The notes below the pieces were generated by a model. The model was given only the letters and a program-made list of their open reading frames with translations, had not been told where the DNA came from and made no database searches. Below, one piece after another: positions 48,240 to 64,000 of a stretch of 64,000 nucleotides of DNA. A program made the position numbers and the translations under genes. Source of the stretch: Macrostomum lignano (lineage: Eukaryota); contig NIVC01001675.1 of assembly GCA_002269645.1 (NCBI GenBank), positions 1-64,000 of the forward strand. Reading direction: 5' to 3'. How positions within the stretch are numbered: position 1 is the stretch's first letter; every line of letters begins with the position of its first letter.

Positions 48240-49990
48240 AGAAGAGGGTGAGTAGAGAGGATAGGGGAGGAGAGGAGAGGAGAGGAGAGGAGAGGAGAGG
48301 AGAGGAGAGAAGAGGAGAGGAGAGGAGAGGGGAGGAGAGGAGAGGAGAGGAGAGGAGAGGAGAGGAGAGGAGAGGAGAGGAGAGGAGAGGAGAGGAGATG
48401 AGATGAGAGAGAGAGGAGAGGAGAGGAGAGGGGAGAGGAGAGGAGAGGAGAGGAGAGGAGAGGAGAGGAGAGGAGAGGAGAGGAGAGGAGAGGAGATGAG
48501 AGGAGAGGAGAGGGGAGGATCGAGAGGGGAGGGAAGGAGAGGAGAGGAGAGGAGAGGAGAAGAGAGGAGAGGAGAGGAGAGGAGAGGAGAAGAGAGGAGG
48601 GAGAGGAGAGGAGAGGAGAGGAGAGGAGAGGAGAGGAGAGGAGAGGAGATGAGAGGAGAGGAGAGGGGAGGATCGAGAGGGAGGAAGGAGAGGAGAGGAG
48701 AGGAGAGGAGAGGAGAGGAGAGGAGAGGAGATGAGAGGGAGGGAAGGAGAGGAGAGGGGAGGATCGAGAGGGGAGGGAAGGAGAGGAGAGGAGAAGAGAA
48801 GAGAGGAGAGGAGAAGAGAGGAGAGGAGAGGAGAGGAGAGGAGAGGAGATGAGATGAGAGGAGAGGGGAGGAGAGGAGAGGAGATGAGAGGAGAGGAGAG
48901 GGGAGGATCGAGAGGGGAGGGAAGGAGAGGAGAGGAGAGGAGAGGAGAAGAGAGGAGAGGAGAGGAGAGGAGAGGAGAAGAGAGGAGAGGAGAGGAGATG
49001 AGAGGAGAGGAGAGGGGAGGATCGAGAGGGGAGGAAAGGAGAGGAGAGGAGAGGAGAGGAGAGGAGAGGAGAGGAGATGAGAGGAGAGGAGAGGGGAAGG
49101 GAAGGAGAGGACTGGGGAGGATCGAGAGGGGAGGGAAGGAGAGGGGAAGGGAAGGAGAGGACTGGGGAGGATCGAGAGGGGAGGGAAGGAGAGGAGAGGA
49201 GAGGATCGAGAGGGGAGGGAAGGAGAGGAGAGGAGAGGAGAAGAGAGGAGAGGAGAGGAGAGGAGAGGAGAGGAGAGGAGAGGAGAGGAGAGGAGAGGAG
49301 AGGAGAGGAGAGGAGATGAGAGGAGAGGAGAGGAGAGGAGAGGAGAGGAGAGGAGAGGAGAGGAGATGAGAGGAGAGGAGAGGAGAGGAGAGGAGAGGAG
49401 ATGAGAGGAGAGGAGAGGAGAGGGGAGGATCGAGAGGGGAGGGAAGGAGAGGAGAGGAGAGGAGAAGAGAGGAGAGGAGAGGAGAGGAGAGGAGAGGAGA
49501 GGAGATGAGAGGAGAGGAGAGGAGAGGAGAGGAGAGGAGAGGAGAGGAGAGGAGAGGAGAGGAGAGGAGATGAGAGGAGAGGAGAGGAGAGGAGAGGAGA
49601 GGAGATGAGAGGAGAGGAGAGGAGAGGGAGGATCGAGAGGGAGGGAAGGAGAGGAGAGGAGAGGAGAAGAGAGGAGAGGAGAGGAGAGGAGAGGAGAGGA
49701 GAGGAGAGGAGAGAAGAGGAGAGGAGATGAGAGGAGAGGAGAGGGGAAGGGAAGGAGAGGACTGGGGAGGATCGAGAGGGGAGGGAAGGAGAGGAGAGGA
49801 GAGGAGAAGAGAGGAGAGGAGAGGAGAGGAGAGGAGAGGAGAGGAGAGGAGAGGAGAGGAGAGGAGAGGAGAGGGGAAGGGAAGGAGAGGAGTGGGGAGG
49901 ATCGAGAGGGAGGGAAGGAGAGAAGATGAGAGGAGAGGGGAGGAGAGGAGAGGAGAGGGGAGAGTAAAGAGGAGGGGAGATGAGGACAGA
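48240..49990. repeat. (GAGAG)n polypurine satellite
   Basis: Seen directly. Confidence 0.97.
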
Positions 49991-50220
49991 GGGGAGAACA
50001 GGAGAGGAGGGAGTGGAGGAGATGCTCAGGTCCAGTTAGCCGAGAACTGTAGACCATAAGACACACAACTCCGGTATTCACAGACAGATTTCCATTGGCT
50101 CAGCAGTTTCGCAAGACAGACAAAGACATGGCCCCCAGAAACTGGGTGATAAACGAAGTCACCTTCCTGCTTGGTCAGAAGTGTCAGGATTCTTGAGTGT
50201 CAGATCGCAGAGCCGCAGTC

Positions 50221-51719
50221 ATGACAGCTCCCCCATTCAATTTGCCTGTTGCAACTTGGAGCCTTCTGGCTTCATTTGGCCTGATTGAACAAGGTCAGCA
50301 CCTGCAGCTGCCACCCAGCAGTTACGTAGTGGGTGCTCCGTGTCTACCTGGAGCATTTCCGCCACTTTTGTTTGCTTCAACACCGCGCCTTCGAAGCCAG
50401 ATTGACGAACAAGAAGAAGATGGACGATTGTCCAGAGCCAGCCAGGATGATGCAGCTGACAGCGGGACGGCTGCTTCGTCAAGGACTGAAGGTTTGAACA
50501 GGCTTTTCTGGGCTGTCCCCTGTCCCCTTGACCCCTCCAGTGTGGGTCTGTTGACCCCTCCAGTGTAGGTCTGTTGACCCCTTCCAGTGTGGGTCTGTTG
50601 ACCCCTCCAGGGTATAGGTCTGTTGACCCCTTCCAGTGTGGGTCTGTTGACCCCTCCAGGGTATAGGTCTGTTGACCCCTCCAGTATAGGTCTGTTGACC
50701 CCTCCAGTGTGGGTCTGTTGACCTCCAGCGTATAGGTCTGTTGACACCTTCCAGTTTGGGTCTGTTGACCCCTTCAGTGTAGGTCTGTTGACCCCTCCAG
50801 TGTGTAGGTCTGTTTACCCCTCTGGTGTAGGTCTGTTTACCCCTCCGGTGTATAGGTCTGTTGACCCCTCCGGTGTATAGGTCTGTTGACCCCTCCGGTG
50901 TATAGGTCTGTTGACCCCTCCGGTGTATAGGTCTGTTGACCCCTCCGGTGTATAGGTCTGTTGACCCCTCCGGTGTATAGGTCTGTTGACCCCTCCGGTG
51001 TATAGGTCTGTTGACCCCTCCGGTGTATAGGTCTGTTGACCCCTCCGGTGTAGAGGTCTGTTGACCCCTCCGGTGTAGAGGTCTGTTGACCCCTCCGGTG
51101 TAGAGGTCTGTTGACCCCTCCGGTGTATAGGTCTGTTGACCCCTCCGGTGTAGAGGTCTGTTGACCCCTCCGGTGTATAGGTCTGTTGACCCCTCCGGTG
51201 TTTAGGTCTGTTTGACCCCTCCGGTGTTTAGGTCTGTTTGACCCCTCCAGTGTAGGTCTGTTTGACCCCTCTGGTGTAGGTCTGTTTGACCCCTCCAGTG
51301 TAGGGGCCGTCGACCCTGCTCAGTGGGTCTCGCTGGCCATGAACAGACCCTGAGCTCACGTAAGTCACATTTAATCCCAAACTACAGACAACCACTCGAA
51401 TGCAGCCTTAACGCACAGAGAGACAGCATCAGTCAGCAGTCACAAGCGAGTGAGAACTGCATTCTCAAGCGATCAGCTGTTGTCACTGGAGACCGAATTC
51501 TCGGTCAGCATGTACCTCACCCGCATCAGACGAATTGGCATTGCTCAGCGATTGAGTCTGAGTGAGAAGCAGGTGAAAATCTGGTTTCAAAATAGGCGAG
51601 TTCGGTATAAGAAGGAGACCCAACTACTCAGCCCAGCTGGCGAACGAGAGGTCGGGAGTTCGTGCTCCAAATGCCGCCGCCTGCGAACTTGCAACAAGAG
51701 GCTGCTGGACCATCGTTGA
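50221..51719 (+). CDS. GSX: Gsx/Ind ParaHox homeobox protein, ~200 aa (5' end tentative)
   Basis: Homeodomain [58 protein letters not shown] with Gsx-diagnostic MYLxRxRRI and RRVxxKK. Exons 50221-50491 and 51388-51719 join at phase 1. Confidence 0.85.
50520..51310. repeat. ~25 bp minisatellite, Gsx intron
   Basis: Unit GGTCTGTTGACCCCTCCGGTGTATA. Confidence 0.95.
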
Positions 51720-51789
51720 TTACCTGACCGCTATCCTGGAGACTTCCCTGAAGACTTCCTCTGCCACTTGTTTCTGCCCGTCTCACTTG

Positions 51790-52625
51790 CCTCCCCTCTC
51801 TCCCCTGTCTCCCTCTCTCTCTCCTGTCTCCCTCTCTCCCCTGTCTCCCTCTCTCTCTCCTGTCTCCCTCTCTCTCCCCTCCTGTCTCCCTCTCTCTCCT
51901 GTCTCCCTCTCTCTCTCCTGTCTCCCTCTCTCCCCTGTCTCCCTCTCTCCCCTGTCTCCCTCTCTCCCCTGTCTCCCTCTCTCCCCTGTCTCCCTCTGTC
52001 TCTTGTCTCCATCTTTCTCTCCTGTCTCCCTTTGTCTCCTGTCTCCCTCTCTCTCCCCTCCTGTCTCCCTCTCTCTCCTGTCTTCCTCTTTCTCCCCTCC
52101 TGTCTCCCTCTCTCTCCCCTCCTGTCTCCCTCTCTCCCCTGTCTCCCTCTCTCTCCTGTCTCCCTCTCTCTCCTGTCTCCCTCTCTCTCCTCTCTCCCTC
52201 TCTCTCCTGTCTCCCTCTCTCTCCTGTCTCCCTCTCTATCCTGTCTCCCTCTGTCTCTCCTGTCTCCATCTTTCTCTCCTGTCTCCCTTTGTCTCCTGTC
52301 TCCCTCTCTATCCTGTCTCCCTCTGTCTCTCTTGTCTCCCTCTCTCTCCTGTCTCCCTCTCTCTCCTGTCTCCCTCTCTCTCCCCTCCTGTCTCCCTCTC
52401 TCTCCCCTCCTGTCTCCCTCTCTCTCCTGTCTCCCTCTCTCTCCTGTCTCCCTCTCTATCCTGTCTCCCTCTGTCTCTCTTGTCTCCCTCTCTCTCCTGT
52501 CTCCCTCTCTCTCCTGTCTCCCTCTCTCTCCCCTCCTGTCTCCCTCTCTCTCCCCTCCTGTCTCCCTCTCTCTCCTGTCTCCCTCTCTCTCCCCTCCTGT
52601 CTCCCTCTCTCCCCCCTGTCTCCCG
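51790..52625. repeat. CT-rich polypyrimidine repeat between the convergent Gsx and ERG 3' ends
   Basis: (CTCTCTCCTGTCTCC)-like units. Confidence 0.95.
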
Positions 52626-53065
52626 ATTTTTGTACTCCTACTTGTCATGACTTAAGCGGTTTTGGATTATTGTCTTTTAAAATAAGGTACCCCATTTTGA
52701 AACAAACATCTGTAAACTCCTAATTAAATGACACGTGACTACCATTATTGCACCAATATTTAAACTGACTGCAACTGCCATAAACTCAAGTAACTCAATT
52801 TAATCATCAACCATTTGTTTTATTAAGTCTAATTGTTTTGAGACAGATTAACGAACATATTTCGAGTGTCTAATATCTTTGAAAACTAATGTTATTATAA
52901 AAAAAGACTGAGGAACGGTTATATCATTTATAATTAATTAAAACAAATATTGATGCAGATGAATTGAAATTAATACTTTTCTGGTCTCTCAGATAAATCT
53001 GAGAACAGTTAATGACAACTGATTCAAATCGGTGCCAAAGATTAAGCAGGGTAAAAATATAGTTG

Positions 53066-61516
<8,451 letters not shown>

Positions 61517-61569
61517 CTGGGGTTGAGTTGAAGGTCAAAATGCTTTGGCCAGATTTCCGGAATTTGAAT

Positions 61570-62120
61570 CCACTCTCCCCTATCTATCGCATATCCTCTC
61601 TTCTCTCTCCTGTCTGCACTCTCCCCTATCGATCGCATATCCTCTCTTCTCTCTCCTGTCTGCACTCTCCCCTATCGATCGCATATCCTCTCTTCTCTCT
61701 CCTGTCTGCACTCTACCCTATCGATCGCATATCCTCTCTTCTCTCTCCTGTCTGCACTCTCCCCTATCGATCGCATATCCTCTCTTCTCTCTCCTGTCTG
61801 CACTCTCCCCTATCGATCGCATATCCTCTCTTCTCTCTCCTGTCTGCACTCTACCCTATCGATCGCATATCCTCTCTTCTCTCTCCTGTCTGCACTCTAC
61901 CCTATCTATCGCATATCCTCTCTTCTCTCTCCTGTCTGCACTCTACCCTATCTATCGCATATCCTCTCTTCTCTCTCCTGTCTGCACTCTCCCCTATCTA
62001 TCGCATATCCTCTCTTCTCTCTCCTGTCTGCACTCTCCCCTATCGATCGCATATCCTCTCTTCTCTCTCCTGTCTGCACTCTCCCCTATCTATCGCATAT
62101 CCTCTCTTCTCTCTCCTGTC
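61570..62120. repeat. 46 bp minisatellite, ERG upstream intron
   Basis: Unit CTCCCCTATCGATCGCATATCCTCTCTTCTCTCTCCTGTCTGCACT. Confidence 0.96.
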
Positions 62121-62699
62121 TCCCCTCTACCCTTTCAACCCATTCTCTCTCCTCTCCTCACCCCCCTCTCTGCATCTCTCAACTTGTCTCCCCCTCACTT
62201 CTATACCCCTCTCATCTCACCTATCCCTCGCACTCGTTGTGCATCCCAACCCACCCTCCTGTGCCTCTCCCATCCCTATTCTCACTTTACCACGCCCAGA
62301 CTGCAGTGTGAGACTGCACGCCACTAACATAATCACCATTTTAAAAAAACAGGGGAGAGGAGAGAAGTCAGCAAGGAAATCTGAGTCAGACTGACCCAGC
62401 TGCACAGCTTCATAATCTAGCTATGGCCTTGAGCAGAGCTGGATCTCCCAAGTCGCACTTTGATTGTTCCGGTTTAAATTCAATGTACCAACTCTCAACC
62501 TGCCTGTCAATCAAAATATTGGAAAGTCGGAGCAAATCCGTAGGGCTCTATGCGTGTTTACAGATGTCCCAACTCGCGTTTTAGGCGTGCACTAGGAACT
62601 TCTTAAACTTCATTACGGAAGTCCCACTTCTATGCGGACTGAGCCGAGTGCAGCATGGGAGATTGGATAGTGAGATGCAGTATGTACATGAAGACTACA

Positions 62700-63555
62700 G
62701 AGGAGACAAGGGGAAGGGAGAAATGAGAGGGGTGGGGAGAGATGCGAGAGAAGAGATGAGATATGAGAGAGAAAGGAGAGAAGAGAGAGGAGAGAAGAGA
62801 GAGAGTGGGGAGAGTTGAGAGAGAGGAAGGAGACAGGAGAGAGTAGAGATGAGAGATTAGAGAGAAGATATGAGAGAGAAGATATGAGAGAGGAGAGAGG
62901 AGAGATGCGAGAGGAGAGATGAGAGATGAGAGATGAGAGAGAAGATATGAGAGAGGAGAGAGTAGAGATGCGAGAGGAGAGATGAGAGATGAGAGATGAG
63001 AGAGAAGATATGAGAGAGGAGAGAGGAGAGATGCGAGAGAAGAGAAGAGAGTGGGGAGGGTTGAGAGAGAGGAAGGGGACAGGAGAGAGGAGAGATGAGA
63101 GATGAGAGAGAAGATATGAGAGAGGAGAGAGGAGAGATGCGAGAGGAGAGATGAGAGATGAGAGATGAGAGAGAAGATATGAGAGAGGAGAGAGTAGAGA
63201 TGCGAGAGGAGAGATGAGAGATGAGAGATGAGAGAGAAGATATGAGAGAGGAGAGAGTAGAGATGCGAGAGGAGAGATGAGAGATGAGAGATGAGAGAGA
63301 AGATATGAGAGAGGAGAGAGTAGAGATGCGAGAGGAGAGAAGAGAGTGGGGAGAGTTGAGAGAGAGGAAGGAGACAGGAGAGAGGAGGGATGAGAGATGA
63401 GAGAGAAGATATGAGAGAGGAGAGAGGAGAGATGCGAGAGGAGAGAAGAGAGAGTGGGGAGAGTTAAGAGAGGAAGGAGACAGGAGAGAGGAGGGATGAG
63501 AGATGAGAGAAGAGAGTGGGCAGAGTTAAGAGAGGAAGGAGACAGGAGAGAGTAG
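62700..63555. repeat. GA-rich compound repeat
   Basis: Seen directly. Confidence 0.94.
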
Positions 63556-64000
63556 ATGATTGAAGGCCATTCAGACTTGCACAGCAAAATTTTCCCAGCC
63601 TTCCGAATTGCCCAACCAATCAGCAGCTCTAACCGAGTTGGAGATTCGCAAGCCGCAGAAGAGCCGCTGTGTCAGCATGGGGGCAGACCAAAATATCAGG
63701 ACGCTAGGATCAGTGCCGCTCCATGTCACCCCCTAGTGTCTGTGAATCCCTAACCCCCCCCCCTCATTTGCACCATCAGCGTCCGGTCACTTGCAGCCTC
63801 GGAAACTTCCCCATCGTCCCATCCCAAACTAGCTACAACAGCCCCAGCCATCATGAATGAGTCACCTTAACAGCGCAATCCAAGGAGTGCTAGAAATAGT
63901 AATCCAGATCGTGACGGCCTCTCTTCCACAACCCTCTGCAAAAGTGATTATTTTATAAAATCGATTTCTAAAAGGTCTAACCATCCTTCCTGTACAGGGT

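Noticed and set aside
62390-63900. ERG PAS-domain exons
   Set aside because: No frame gave a recognisable PAS/eag sequence with valid splice phases; they probably lie outside the window or are too divergent.

Overview
Eukaryotic (animal) genomic DNA. GC-rich coding exons with CAG/poly-Q runs, GT-AG introns nearly all filled by a private mini- or microsatellite, and a two-domain small HSP suggest a free-living flatworm such as Macrostomum (inference only). Bases 1-14 kb are degraded mobile-element sequence: a PHD-like fragment, a Gypsy integrase fragment, a nested long inverted-repeat structure, short motif arrays and modular repeats. Bases 14-64 kb hold at least seven intron-containing or small genes, built by matching splice phases by hand: CARNMT1 (+), a very divergent p53-family gene (-), a serine palmitoyltransferase small subunit (+), a divergent TRPV-like channel (+), a two-alpha-crystallin-domain small HSP (-), the ParaHox gene Gsx (+) and an ERG/KCNH2-type K+ channel (-). 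Main points: (1) the p53-family DNA-binding domain has rearranged zinc ligands (C-x2-C plus C-x3-H) and a stop codon that overlaps a splice donor. (2) I could not find the pore/S6 exon of the ERG gene. (3) The TRPV-like pore lacks the acidic filter residue. (4) Many tandem arrays are homotypic clusters of transcription-factor-like motifs (CTCF-like, AP-1, X-box, CRE, CCAAT/GC, AGGTCA-IR2). No database search or computation was run; all homology calls come from recognising motifs.
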